From positions 928,001-992,000 of the forward strand of contig CAWGHO010000001.1 in NCBI GenBank assembly GCA_963822445.1: a DNA stretch of 64,000 bases, given 5' to 3'. This stretch comes from an uncultured Acidobacteriota bacterium. GTDB taxonomy: Bacteria > Acidobacteriota > Thermoanaerobaculia > Gp7-AA8. Within the stretch, counting starts at the first letter, position 1, and each line of letters starts with the position of its first letter. Positions 52,788 to 64,000 of the stretch are shown one piece after another. The notes under the pieces are model-generated. The model ran no database searches. It was given only the letters and a program-made list of their open reading frames with translations, and was not told the origin of the DNA. Made by a program: the position numbers and the translations under genes.

Positions 52788-54995
52788 CTACCGCTCCCGC
52801 TCCGCGATCGGTTTCCCGGCCACTTCCAGCAGGCGGAACTCGATCTGGTGCTTGTCCTCGTCGATCGACTCGACGCGGATGCGGACCTTGTCGCCGAGGC
52901 GCATCTCGCGATTCGAAGACTCGCCGCGCATGCGGTGCTCGCGATCGGCGTAGTGCCAGAAATCGCCGCCGATCGTGGCCACGGGCACCATCCCCTGCAC
53001 GAAGATTTCATCGAGCTCGACGAACAGGCCGAACGACGCGACGCCGGTGACGATGCCGGTGTACTCGTTGCCGACCTTGTCGCGCATGAAGATGACTTTC
53101 TTCCACTCCAGCACTTCGCGCTCCGCCTCTTCCGCGCGGCGTTCGCGATCGCTGGACTGCAGCGCGTACTGCGGATGCAGCCGCTCGATCTCCTCGCGGC
53201 GCTCGCCGTACAGCGCGCCGGTGGTGATCAGCTCGAAAAGCCGCCGGTGCACGATCAGATCGGGATAGCGGCGGATCGGCGACGTGAAGTGGCAGTAGTG
53301 CTCGAACGCGAGCGCGAAGTGTCCCGTGCTCTCCTCCGAGTAAAAGGCGCGCTTCATCGAGCGCAGGATGATGTTCGTGAGGAACCGCTCTTCCGGCGTT
53401 CCCGCGACTTCCTTCAGAACGCGCTGCAGCTCCGCGGGGCGGATCTCTTCGACGTTGCCGCGCAGCTTGAGCTTGAACTCTTTCAGGATCTCTTTCAGAT
53501 CCTCGAGCTTCTGCGCATCGGGCTGCTGGTGAACGCGATAGAGGCCGGGCTGATTCGCGAAGACGAGCTCGCGGGCGACAGTCTCGTTCGCGGCGAGCAT
53601 GAACTCTTCGATCAACCGGTGAGCAACGTTGCGCTCGGTGGCGCGGATGTTCTCGATCACCCCGCTCTCATCGAGCATGACCTCGGCTTCGGGAAGATCG
53701 AAGTCGATCGACCCGCGCTGCTCGCGGCGCGTGCGCAGGATCTCGTAGAGCTGATGCATCCGCTCGAAGTCTTCGAGGAGATAGCCGTAACGCTCTTCGA
53801 GCTCCGGCGTTCTCGCGGTGAGGATCGCGTTCACGTTCGTGTACGTCATCCGCTCGCGCGTCTGATCACCGATTTGTAGATCTTGTGATTGACGAACTTG
53901 CCGCGCGGATCGATCTCCATCTCGCAGGAGAAGGTCAGCCGGTCGACTTTCGGATTCAGCGAGCAGATGCCGTTCGACAGCCGCTCGGGCAGCATGGCGA
54001 TGGCGCGGCCCGGGAAGTAAACCGAAGTCGCACGCTCAAAGGCCTCCGCATTCAGCAAGCTCCCCTCGGTCACGTAATGCGAGACGTCGGCGATGTGCAC
54101 GCCGAGGAGGATAGTTGCCGTTCGGAAGGCGCTGCACTTCGACGGCGTCGTCGAAGTCCTTCGCCGTCTCGCCGTCGATGGTGACGATGTTCCGCTCGCG
54201 CAGATCGACGCGTTTCGCGATCTCCTCCGCGGAAACCTCCGTCGGGATCGCTTCCGCCTCCTCGCATCACGTCTTCGGGGAAGTGATGCGGGAATGTGAT
54301 GCTTGCGGATGACCACTTCGATGTCGACGCCGGGATCGCCGATGAATCCGAGGACCTCCACGACGCGACCGTGGGCGAACGGGCTGGAGCGATCGGGATA
54401 GCGATCGATTCCACGTTCACCATCTCGCCGTCGCGCGCGTCCATGCGTCGCGTCGTGATCGATGAGGATGTCGTTGTCGATGCGGATGTCGAAGGGGACG
54501 ACGTACGGATCGGGCTCGTGGACATGGAAGCGGCCGACCAGCGTGCGATGCGCGCGACGGAGGATCTGCGGATCACCTCGCCGTCGATGTACTCGCGCTC
54601 GCGGACCCGGCGGATCTTGGGATTGCGCTTGTCGACGCGGACGACGACGAGGTCGCCGTTCATCGCGCCCTTCATAGCCTTGCGCTCGATGTAGATGTCG
54701 GGGTTGCCCGGGCCGCCGAGGACGTTGCCGTGGCCGTCGTTGAAAACCTTGATCGTGCCGGCGTGATACGGCGTGAACTCGAGCAGCGAGTAGCGCTTGC
54801 CGCGCGATGGCGATGAGCACGCCGTCCTGCTCGAGATCCTCGACGGCGCGATCGACGTCATCCGCGTGACGTCAGGATCGTCGAGCCGCTCGTGGATCTC
54901 CTTCGAGCCGAGCAGACGGTTCCCGCGCTGGCGGAGAAGCTGGATGATCGCTTGATGGAGCTCGGGACGCTGCGGGACCGCGAGGGAGCGCGCCA
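52788..54995 (-). CDS. rnr: Ribonuclease R, several frameshifts; start approximate
   Basis: HRLIEEFMLAANE, HFTSPIRRYPDL, S1 domain, LGVHIADVSHYV and LPERLSNGICSL. Confidence 0.9.
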
Positions 54996-55010
54996 AATGC
55001 CGCGACTCCG

Positions 55011-55323
55011 TCAGTCGCGGCGTGCGCGAGATCTTGCTCGGGCGGGTGGCCGGGGCGTGAGACCGCTTGTGCGAGACGCGGCGGCGCACCGGACGCACCG
55101 ACTCGGCGAACCCGTTCAGCATGGTCTGCGTGCGCAGCTTGTTGTGCAGCGTGTTGCGGTGAACGCCGAGCTTGCGCGAGGCCTGGGTGACGTTGCCCTT
55201 GCTGGCCGTCATGGCCGCGACGATGTACTTTCCCTCGAAAGCTTCGACCGCCTGCTCGAGTGTGATTCCGTTGCCGATCAATTCGCGAATGATGGCGTTC
55301 AAGCGATCGTCGATGCTTACCAT
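55011..55323 (-). CDS. Stand-alone Fis-like HTH protein (3' end approximate)
   Basis: GNVTQASRKLGVHRNTLHNKL. Confidence 0.75.
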
Positions 55324-55417
55324 TTCTGTTGTAGACCTCAGTGGTGATGTCTGGAGGAAGCGAGGATTCTACTACTCAAGATTCGAGAGACAGGAAGAAA
55401 AATTTTTCTCTTCGTCG

Positions 55418-57207
55418 TCATCGCGAACGCTTGACAAACGCAAGAAATTTGCATCGTGAGAGCAGTGATCAGACGTCACCAGAGCACCCACGAAAAGTGT
55501 CTTCGGACGATATGTCCAGACGATCTCGTGCTGCCCCTTCGTCACTTCCACGCCGCGGAAAATGTGTTCTACCACGAGCGGCTGTCGCGATTGCCCATCA
55601 ACCGTGACACTCCAACCCGGAGCGTGCTGCTGAGCGAGAATTACCACGCCATTTTGTGGCGCGTCGAACGTGATTCGCGCCGATCTCGTGGTCATTTCCC
55701 ACTTATTCGCGGCCACCGCGACGCCGTTCACCATCATGCGCGCCATCGGCCAGGCGTTGGGGTCGTAAAAGAGGTGGACGTGACCGGCGTGACCGATGCG
55801 CTGGAGGCCTGGCGGCATCGGAATCGAGCTCAGGATGTAACCCGCGGAGAGAAACCTCACCTTCTCCGGCGAGGGCGACTCCAGAACGCCGTGATGAAAG
55901 TGCAGATAGCGATCGGTGGAGAACGGCGCGGCGCTGTCGGCGTCGAAACGGCGGTCGTAGAGATTGAGATAGCCGGAGATCCAGGTCTCCCTGTCCGCGG
56001 GCGTGCGCTCGGCGACGCGCAGGAACTTCAGGTCCGCGCCGATGTTGCGCGGATACGGAACGATGTCGCTTCGGAACGGCGCTGCATCGAGCAGCGGGCG
56101 CATGCGCGGCAGCAGATCGACGATGACCAGCGCGATCAGAATCAGATCGAGCCATCGCTTGTTCGCGCGCAGCCGATCCCAGCCCGCTACAGCCAGTCCG
56201 GCGATGGCCAGCGCGCCGAGGGGGACGAGCCGCGCCGGGTAGCGGAAGAAGGTCAGCGGAAGCTGCGCGAGAAACGCCGGCCCGGAAGCGATGAACGCGG
56301 CGACCGCGAGCAGCACGACCCATCCGTAAACGTGCGGTTTCCTGATGGAGATCAAGCCGACCAGAGCGAGAGCCACGACGAGCATGCCCGTGTAGATGAC
56401 GGGGATGAAGTGCTGGCCGAGGTTGGGGTCGAATGCGCCGTCGGTGAAGGTTGGAGGAATGACGATGCGCAGCCAGTCGCGCCACGGCATCGAATCGCGC
56501 AGGATCAGCTCCGGCTTCATGCCCGCGAGGCGATCGCTTTCCTCCAGCGCTTCGAGAAAGGGAAAGAGCTGCACCGCGGCGAGTCCGGTCGCGCCAATCC
56601 CGGCAAGGATCGTCGTCTTGATCGAGCGCGCCGCGACGATCGCGAACATCACCGCGCCGACACCGGCGAAGAACGGCTCGCCCGCGAGAAACGACAGCGC
56701 CAGCACGATCGCGCCGCGCCGCCAGGCCCGTTCGGCCGCGCACCAGATCACCAGCGGCAGCCAGGCCAGCGTGGCCAGGTTGTTGTTGATGTCGAGCAGA
56801 GACAGCGTCGGCCCGCAGAACATCACCGCCGTCGCGCCGACGAGCGCCGCTCCCTGCGACGCCGTGCGCGCGAACAGCAGATACGCCGACCATCCGAGGA
56901 GCACCAGATGGCCGAGGAGGAAAAGCATGTACGCGGTCGCGAACGGCAGCACCAGAAAGATCCACGACGGCGGGTAGAAGATGCCGGTCTGCGGATTCGC
57001 GAGCCACGGCTCGCCGCTGGCGCTGTACGGATTCCAGAGCGGCAGGTGGCCCGCCTTCAGCTCCTGCGCCGTGAACCAGCGCAGCGGCTGGAAGTAATCG
57101 AAGTGATCGCGGACGGTGAAGACATGTTGCCGCAACAGCGGCGGCAGAAAGATGACCGTGGCGACGAGAACGACGAGGGCGAACGCGAAGCGATGCCTGC
57201 GAATCAT
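55418..57207 (-). CDS. YfhO-like membrane protein (GT-C type glycosyltransferase-like); 3' end uncertain because of frameshifts
   Basis: LPLWNPYSASGEPWLANPQ..FYP, FRYPAR and PGWSVTVDG. Confidence 0.8.
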
Positions 57208-58608
57208 TTCGTCTCGCAGAATCTCCGCACGATGTCGCGCATCAGCATCACGCCGTCCGCGAAGAACGCCGCGCGGATCCGCTCGTCGGTGCTGTGGATG
57301 CTGTCCGCGTCGTAGTAGTTGATCTTGAACGGCAGCAGGCCGTAGGTGGTGATGCCTTTCGCGCGGAAGTAGCGGCTGTCGCTCGCACCGGGCGTCACTG
57401 TCGGCGCGACGTTCGATCCCGGCTCCGCATCACGCAACGCGCTTGCGATCGTGTCGTACAACTCGCCCGACGCCGGACTTTCCGGCGAAGGCTCGCCGGC
57501 GTGAATGATTTCGACGGTGGCATTGCCGCCGGCGGCATCGCGAACGCGCTGGAGCATCGGCCCGGTCTGCGAGTCGGGCAACAGGCGGATGTCGACTTCG
57601 GCCATCGCCTTGACCGGCACGGCATTCACGGCGTTGCCCGCTTCGAGCCGGGTGATGGTGATGGTGTCGTGCAGAAGGTTGCGAATCGAAGCCGGGACTT
57701 CTTTCTCGATGCGCGCGACGTCGAAGGGCTCGCGCACGATGCGAAGGCGCTCCCCTTTCGGCCCCGGCCTGATCGCGCCTGCTGCGGCAACCGCGCGGGC
57801 GACGCTCGGCGTCAGGCGATACGGCGTTTCGAGTTGATCAATCGCCGCCAGCGCACGCACCAGCTTCGCCGGCGCTCCCCCACCCTTCGGCGGTCCGGCT
57901 CCATGTCCGCCCGCGGCATCGGCAGTCAATCGCAGCCAGAGCGGCACTTTCTGATGGACCTCGATGCCCCAGTGGAGCACGTGATCGACGGCGGTCTCGT
58001 TCGCACCGCCTTCGTTGATCGCCGCATCCGGCGCCGGTGAAGAGCTCCGGATATTTTTCGAGGAAGAGTTTTGCGCCGAGGACGCCGCCCAGCTCTTCAT
58101 CCGGCACAGCCAGAAAAATCACATCGCGTTTCAACTTCGCGCCGCGGCGCTTGAGATCGATGAGGGTCATCATCTCGGCGATGGTCAGCGACTTCGTGTC
58201 GAGCGCGCCCCGTCCCCAGATGTAGCCGCCGGAGCGCGCGCCGCTGAACGGCGGCTGCGTCCATACCGCCGCATCCGCGGGAACGACGTCGATGTGACTG
58301 AGCAGCACCAGGGCCTTCTCGTTCGATTTCGGATTCGCTTCGAGCCGCGCGTACACGCCCTGCCGTTTCGGATCGTCACCGACGAGCCGCGCGGCGATGC
58401 CGTCTTTGGTCAGGTAGTCGCGAAGGAAGATCGCGCCGGCGGTCTCGTTGCCAGGCGGGTTGGTGGTGTCGATCCGGATGAACGCGACCAGCGCTTCTTC
58501 TGCCTCGCGCGCGAGCGGATCGCGCGATTCACCGCCGGCCTTGCGGCAGTGAAGCGAGGAAATGAAAAGGAAAAGCGCGAGCAGGACCAGTGTTGCGCGC
58601 GCGCCCAA
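57204..58608 (-). CDS. M20/M25/M40 family peptidase, one frameshift
   Basis: SHIDVVPA, WGRGALDTK, DEELGG, GASDSR and IHSTDER. Confidence 0.88.
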
Positions 58609-58611
58609 GCG

Positions 58612-59220
58612 TCAACCAGCGACCGGCTGCGGGATCGTGAGCTGCACCGCCGGCGCCTCTTCGGGCGCGGCGTGGTAACTCTCGAAGCAAGCGCGACAGC
58701 GCGCCTCATATGACGAGTCGCCCACTTCCACCTGCGCGTTGCTGCCCGAGACGCGCTGCGAGTAATGCGCGGCAGCGCGGCACCGCACGCACACCGCATG
58801 CATCTTCGACACTTCCTCGGCTACCGCGAGCAGGGCCGGCATCGGCCCGAACGGACGGCGCATGAAATCCTGATCGAGCCCGGCGGCGATCACGCGAATG
58901 CCGGCGTCCGCGAGCTGCATGCAGACGTCGACGACACCGGCGTCGAAGAACTGGATCTCATCGATGCCGATGACCTGCACGCCGATCTCGATGCGGGCGA
59001 GCATCTCCGCGCTCGTGCCGACGGGAATGGCCTTGAGGCGCCGCTCATCGCGCGAAACGACTTCGTCGGTTGCGAAACGGTCGTCGATGATCGGCTTGAA
59101 CACCTGGACCCGCTGGCGTGCAATGACCGCGCGCCGCAGCCTGCGAATCAGTTCTTCCGATTTTCCGGAAAACATCCCTCCGGCAATGATTTCAATCCAG
59201 CCGCCGCGATGACCGTCCAA
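58612..59220 (-). CDS. tdk: Thymidine kinase
   Basis: GGMFSGKSEEL, IDEIQFFD, CVRC and YEARCRAC. Confidence 0.95.
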   Translation of the reverse strand: MDGHRGGWIEIIAGGMFSGKSEELIRRLRRAVIARQRVQVFKPIIDDRFATDEVVSRDERRLKAIPVGTSAEMLARIEIGVQVIGIDEIQFFDAGVVDVCMQLADAGIRVIAAGLDQDFMRRPFGPMPALLAVAEEVSKMHAVCVRCRAAAHYSQRVSGSNAQVEVGDSSYEARCRACFESYHAAPEEAPAVQLTIPQPVAG

Positions 59221-59264
59221 GGATCAGGACCTCCGAGTGAATTGCGCGACAGAATAACAGGCCG

Positions 59265-60448
59265 TCAGGCGAAGACGCGCGCCAACTTTTCCATCCCCTC
59301 CCGAATCCTCTCATCACTCTCTTTTGCGAAGGTCAGGCGCATCGTGTTGCGGCCGCTTCCGTCAACGAAAAAGGGCGCGCCGGGGATGTAGGCGACGCCG
59401 TTTGCGACCGCGGTTTCGATGCGCGCGGCGGTGTCGAGGTCCTCGTTGAACGTCACGAAGGTGAACAGCCCGCCATCCGCCGATGTCCATCGTGCGCGGC
59501 CGGTGAAGTGGCGCTCGAGCGCCTCGATCATCGTCCCGCGTTTGCCGCGGTAGAACGCGCGGACCTTTTCGATCTGCGGAGCGAGCTCGCCGCGGGCGAC
59601 GAGCTCGTCGACGATCGACTGGTCGAGCATTCCCGAGCAGAGATCGGCGGCCTGTTTGGCGATCTCGAGCTTTTCCAGCAGCGCTTTCGGCCCGACGATC
59701 CAGCCGCAGCGCAGTCCCGGCGCGAGCACTTTCGAGAACGAGCCGAGGTAGAGCACGCGGCCGGACGCATCGCGCGATTTCATCGCGGTGGTGTCGGCGC
59801 CGTCGACGTACACCAGCTCGCCGTATGGATCGTCTTCGATGACCAGGAAATCGTGTTTCTCGGCGATTTCCAGCACTTCCGCGCGGCGGGCCTGCGTCAT
59901 CAACCTGCCCGAAGGGTTCTGAAAATTGGGAATGGTGTAGAGCAGCTTGATGCGCCGCTTTGATGCAACTTCCCGCAGCGATGCGGGCACGATTCCCTCG
60001 TCGTCCTGCGCAACGCCCACCAACTCGGCACTGCGCGCGAAGAACGACGCCGACCCGCCGATGTACGTCGGTAGCTCCACGGCAACCACGTCGCCCTCAT
60101 CGAGCAGCGGTGTGGGCGATGAGATCGAGCGCCTGCTGCGAGCCGGTCGTGGTCAGCACATCGCCGCCATCGCACGTCGATTCGCGCGATCGCGACAGAT
60201 CGCCGCGATGGAATGCGCAGAGCCGCGGCAGCCCGCGCGTCGGGCCGTACTGCAGCGTCACCGACCGCCGCTCGCGAATCAGTTTCGCCGCAACTTCCGC
60301 GATCCGACTCCGCCGGAAACGTGTCCGGATTCGGCACGCCGCCGGCGAAGGAAATGATGTTCGGATCGTTGATCAGTTTCGCGAACGCGCGGATGGCCGA
60401 GGGGCGGAAGCTGTGGGCGTCGCGCGAGAGGAAGGCGTCGTACGTCAT
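59265..60448 (-). CDS. PLP-dependent aminotransferase class I/II (LysN-like), frameshifted
   Basis: ISFAGGVP, PNFQNPSG, EDDPYGEL and SFSKVLAPGLR. Confidence 0.9.
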
Positions 60449-61462
60449 GGTCCGGTGTGGTGTAGGCCTCCGGCCTGCCCTCGGTCCCGAAAAGGCAGGC
60501 CGGAGGCCTGCACCACACCATCTAAAGCAATCGCGGCGTACGACGCGGCAAACCACGTCCCCAGCGCGGCGGAGAACGCGGAGTTGAGGAGCGACCCCGC
60601 CAGCCGGAGCGGCAGCATCATCACGATGAGCGTGTTCTGGCCGCTGCCGAATGCCTCGCCGAGGCCGGCGAAGAACGAGAACGACGCGAAGAAGGCCGAG
60701 CCGGCCATGGCCACGACGAAGATGGCGATGGCGGCGAGCACGTGGCGTCCGAGGTCCGCGCGGATCTCACTCGACGCGGATGCTGTTGCTTCGCGCGCGC
60801 CGCTGTCGCGCATCGCCCAGTCGACGATGGCCCGGTTGCACCAGATCGCGGCGACGATGGTCACGATCACCGCCAGAAACATCGTCACCAGCAGGCCGAG
60901 ACAGCCCGCCAGCACGGCCACGCCTTCCTGCGCGCGGAAGATGAGCATCAGCGCGATCGTCGGAATCAGAGGAATGAGCAGGATCAGACAGGCGACGCCC
61001 CAGATGATGTTGTAGATCCAGAAGACGGTCCACCAGCCGTCCTTCGCGGCGGTCAACCAGCGCTCGAGCGAGAAGCGCGCGATAGCGGCCGCGATCTCCG
61101 GCAAGCGCCGGACCGGCCTTGCGATCGGCATCGACGAGCACGCGCACACATCCCGCCTCGACGAATGCGTGAATGAGGATGAAGACGAGCAGCATGACCG
61201 TGATGCCGAGGAAGACCCAGAGCAGCAGCACCCACTTCCCCGCCAGGAGGACCAGCGCCTGCTCGATCTCCTCCGGCGCGTTGATGCTGGCCGCGCTGAG
61301 GCCGAGCGAAACGGCGATGGGCGCGATGAGGATCACGATCACCGCGCCGATGCCGATGGCCATGAACAGGATCGCTTCGAGAAAACGGATCAGCGAGACC
61401 TGCCAGTTGGCGATGGTGTTGTCGAGACCGCGGCGGAGGACGTCGAAAATGCCGCGCTTCAC
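60445..61462 (-). CDS. Multi-pass membrane protein, frameshifted
   Basis: Hydrophobic helices continue across two frames; GTG start overlaps upstream stop. Confidence 0.65.
60454..60519. repeat. REP doublet
   Basis: GGTGTGGTGTAGGCCTCCGGCCTGCC / GGCAGGCCGGAGGCCTGCACCACACC inverted pair. Confidence 0.8.
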
Positions 61463-62181
61463 AACGTGTTCCGCCGATGATCGGTCGCGCCCGCGAACTC
61501 GATCCGCTCGGCCATCTCCGCGAGCCGGCTCCTCAGGCGCGTGCCGATGCGCTGCTCGAGCGTCTCTTCCTTCGCGTCCGCGGAGCGGTCGTAGTAATTC
61601 GTGGTGAAGATCGTGGCCAGCTCGGAGTTGTACCGCGTGTTGATCACGTAATAAAGGATGTCCTGCACGAACGTGGTCGGCTTCTGCGACCCGAGCTCGT
61701 CGAGGACGAGCAGGTCGACCTCGAGCAGCGGCCGCATGAGCTCGGACTTGCTCGGCACCTGATCGGAGTCGAAGGAAGCCTGGATCTCCTGAATCAGATC
61801 CTGGAAGTTCGAGAAGAGGACGCGTCCGGGCTTGCCGCTGTTGACGATGTCGATCAGCGCGGCTACGGCCAGATGGGTCTTGCCGACGCCGCATCCGCCC
61901 ATCAGCAGCAGGCCCTTGCCTTCCTGCGTGTTCGGCCAGAGATCGACGAACTCCTGCACGCGCCGCTTCGCATTTTTCAGCACCGTCGATTTCTCGCGGA
62001 ACGTGTCCAGCGTGCAGTGCGCGTAGCGCTTCGGAATCATCGACGCGGCGATCCTCTGCTGTCGTCGCAGATCGCCCTGGCAACCACACGCCTCCACTCT
62101 CAGCGAGTCGCCGGGGAGCGGGATCCAGCCGGTCCCGTTGCAGCGGGGACAGGTCGCGGGCGGGGCGGAAGCAATGCGCAT
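61459..62181 (-). CDS. DnaC/IstB-like AAA+ ATPase (probable helicase loader)
   Basis: CPRCNGTGW...CGC Zn motif, GGCGVGKTHL, LVLDELG and IFTTN. Confidence 0.88.
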   Translation of the reverse strand: MRIASAPPATCPRCNGTGWIPLPGDSLRVEACGCQGDLRRQQRIAASMIPKRYAHCTLDTFREKSTVLKNAKRRVQEFVDLWPNTQEGKGLLLMGGCGVGKTHLAVAALIDIVNSGKPGRVLFSNFQDLIQEIQASFDSDQVPSKSELMRPLLEVDLLVLDELGSQKPTTFVQDILYYVINTRYNSELATIFTTNYYDRSADAKEETLEQRIGTRLRSRLAEMAERIEFAGATDHRRNTL

Positions 62182-62184
62182 GGG

Positions 62185-62305
62185 AGTCGTTAGTGGTTAG
62201 TCGTTAGTCGTTAGTAGAACCGGAGCTAACCGGAGCAAGAGTACAGCACTCGGGACCCGCGCGCCGCCTCTACTACTAACGACTAACCACTAACGACTAA
62301 CGACT
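62185..62305. repeat. Heptamer-repeat hairpin (AGTCGTT/AGTGGTT)x4
   Basis: AGTCGTT AGTGGTT AGTCGTT AGTCGTT AGTAG ... CTACT AACGACT AACCACT AACGACT AACGACT. Confidence 0.8.
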
Positions 62306-62341
62306 CGACTGTCTATACTTCCCCCTCACTACACCCGGCCA

Positions 62342-64000
62342 ATGCTGCCCCTCATCTCCTATCTCGCACAACGCGCCGACAGCGCGACGTTCCTGCTTCC
62401 GAACGATCTGGAGCGGACGCTGCGAGAGCTGTTTACGCGGCCGGAAACGATGCTTCCGCAGCCGTACAAGATTTTCCCGGCCGACGAGACCCAGCCGCCC
62501 TCGCTCGGCTTTCCGGTCGCCGAGTCGGCGGTGATGAAGGACCTCGAGCAGAAGCTCGACCGCTGGCTGGCCGAGGAGATTCCGTGGCAGGTCAACCGCG
62601 CCACGAACAAGGAAAAGGCCCAGGCCGCGTTCACGGTCTACATCACCCAGCTGATGAAGGCCGCCGAGAACGCGCTGCTGTCGAATCTCGTCGGCGACTA
62701 CTTCGCCATCTTCTGGCTCGCCCACTCCTTCGATCTGGCGAAGCAGTTCAGCTCGAATTCCGCGGCGCATCAACGCCGTCGACGCGCAGGCGGGCAAGGC
62801 CCTCGGCGAAACGCTCAAGTACCGCATCTTCGGCCGCTGGGTCAGCGAGACCCGCGAGCAGATGTCGCAGGTCGCCTCGAAAGCGGCGTCGCTCCTCGAA
62901 GGCGAGGAGCAGCGCGCGCTGCAGTTCTTCCGTCTGCTGCAGGACGACGTGCTGATCCTGACCGAGGAGTTCGTCGGTCCCGATCTGCGCGAGCTGCGCA
63001 GCTTCGTGACCGGCTACCTGCGCCGCGATTTCCAGAGCTTCCGCGATTCCGTGGAGAAACTGCGAATCACCGCCGCGGACCTGCTGCAGAAAGAGCGCAC
63101 GTTTCGCGCGTCCTTGCCGCTGTTCGGCGTGAATCCCGATCAGGGCATCACCCTCGCGTTGCTGCTCGATCCCCGCTTCGAAGCGTTCCTCTTCGATCAC
63201 CCGGCTGTGCAGAACGCGATCACCCGCGAAGACCGTGAGCAGCTGCATCTCATCGCCCGGCGCATCCGGGAGTTCGCGGTCCTCAATCAACTGCGGCGCG
63301 CCATCGTCTGGACGGCGACGCTTCCCGATGGCCAGGTCGTCTCGGCGGACCGGCGAAGCGGCGCGGCGTTCTCGCGCTCGACGCGGCCGCTCGACTTCGG
63401 CAGGCCCGGCGTGGTCGATCCGATGGTTCACCGCTTCGGGATGATCTACGACATCTCCAAGTTCTCGGAGACCCTCGGCAACATCCGCCGCGGCGGCGAG
63501 AAAGAGGAGATCAAGCTCGTACCGGCAGATGCTGATGTTCCAGCGCAAGCTGGACGCGATCGCCGAGCGACACCTGCTCCAGTTCGAGAAGTTCCTCGGC
63601 GACGGCGCGTTCTACACGACGCGCCGCGCGCTCCGTCTCGTTCGCGCGGCGGTCGAGATCCAGCGCTTTTACGCGGAGATGAAGCGCAAAGGCTTCGCGT
63701 TCAACAAAGGTCTGCGCATCGCCCTGAACTACGGCTACTACCGACTGCTGCCGATGCGGACCTCGCTCGATTCGAACGAGAAGATCACCGAGTTTTACGG
63801 CCCGGGAATCGTCGAGCTGTCGCGACTGACGACGGGAAAGGCGAACAAGGAGATCGAAGAGATCGCGACCTTCCTCGTCTCGCACGGCTTCGATCAGACC
63901 AAGGTGCAGACGTTTTTCGCGCCGCTGGCGCAGGGCGTGGACATGATCGATCGCGCCCAGCACGCGCGCGAGTACTACGCGTATCTCGACGGCAACGGGC
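62342..64000 (+). CDS. Large hypothetical protein with class III nucleotidyl cyclase-like domain; frameshifted and 3'-truncated
   Basis: Across frames: IYDISKFS, EKFLGDG, LRIALNYG and FYGPGIVELSRL. Confidence 0.6.

Noticed and set aside
54070-55323. Fis-RNase R fusion (417 aa)
   Set aside because: It lies in the indel-rich zone and drifts in and out of the RNase R frame; most likely two genes.
61459-62181. IS21 element or prophage
   Set aside because: No IstA transposase, terminal repeats or phage genes nearby.

Overview
A GC-rich bacterial chromosomal segment. Gene content and style suggest Acidobacteriota, possibly Thermoanaerobaculia (inference). It holds about 55 CDS, mostly housekeeping and metabolic: DAACS symporter, M16/M20/M28/S8 peptidases, large NAD-GDH, FadJ/FadD, serS, pth, rnr, tdk and a DnaC-like ATPase. 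Two stretches (about 24.7-30.1 kb and 53.8-64 kb) carry many single-base frameshifts in otherwise intact genes, which are most likely read/assembly errors. I found no rRNA, tRNA or CRISPR array. The most notable items are: (1) an ECF sigma factor coupled to a soluble zf-HC2/TPR anti-sigma, followed by a small secreted peptide gene with a strong RBS, which looks like an RRNPP-style peptide signalling system wired to an ECF switch; (2) a MamK-like actin co-transcribed with a peptidoglycan amidase, with no magnetosome genes nearby; (3) two diverged IS110 3' halves head-to-head, apparently inserted into the two arms of one REP palindrome; (4) a compact acyltransferase / radical SAM / heme-oxygenase-like diiron enzyme cluster; (5) a Tat-exported LodAB CTQ oxidase pair; (6) a REP palindrome in frame inside a gene and a family of heptamer-repeat hairpins. 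All family calls come from motif recognition by eye, not from database searches.
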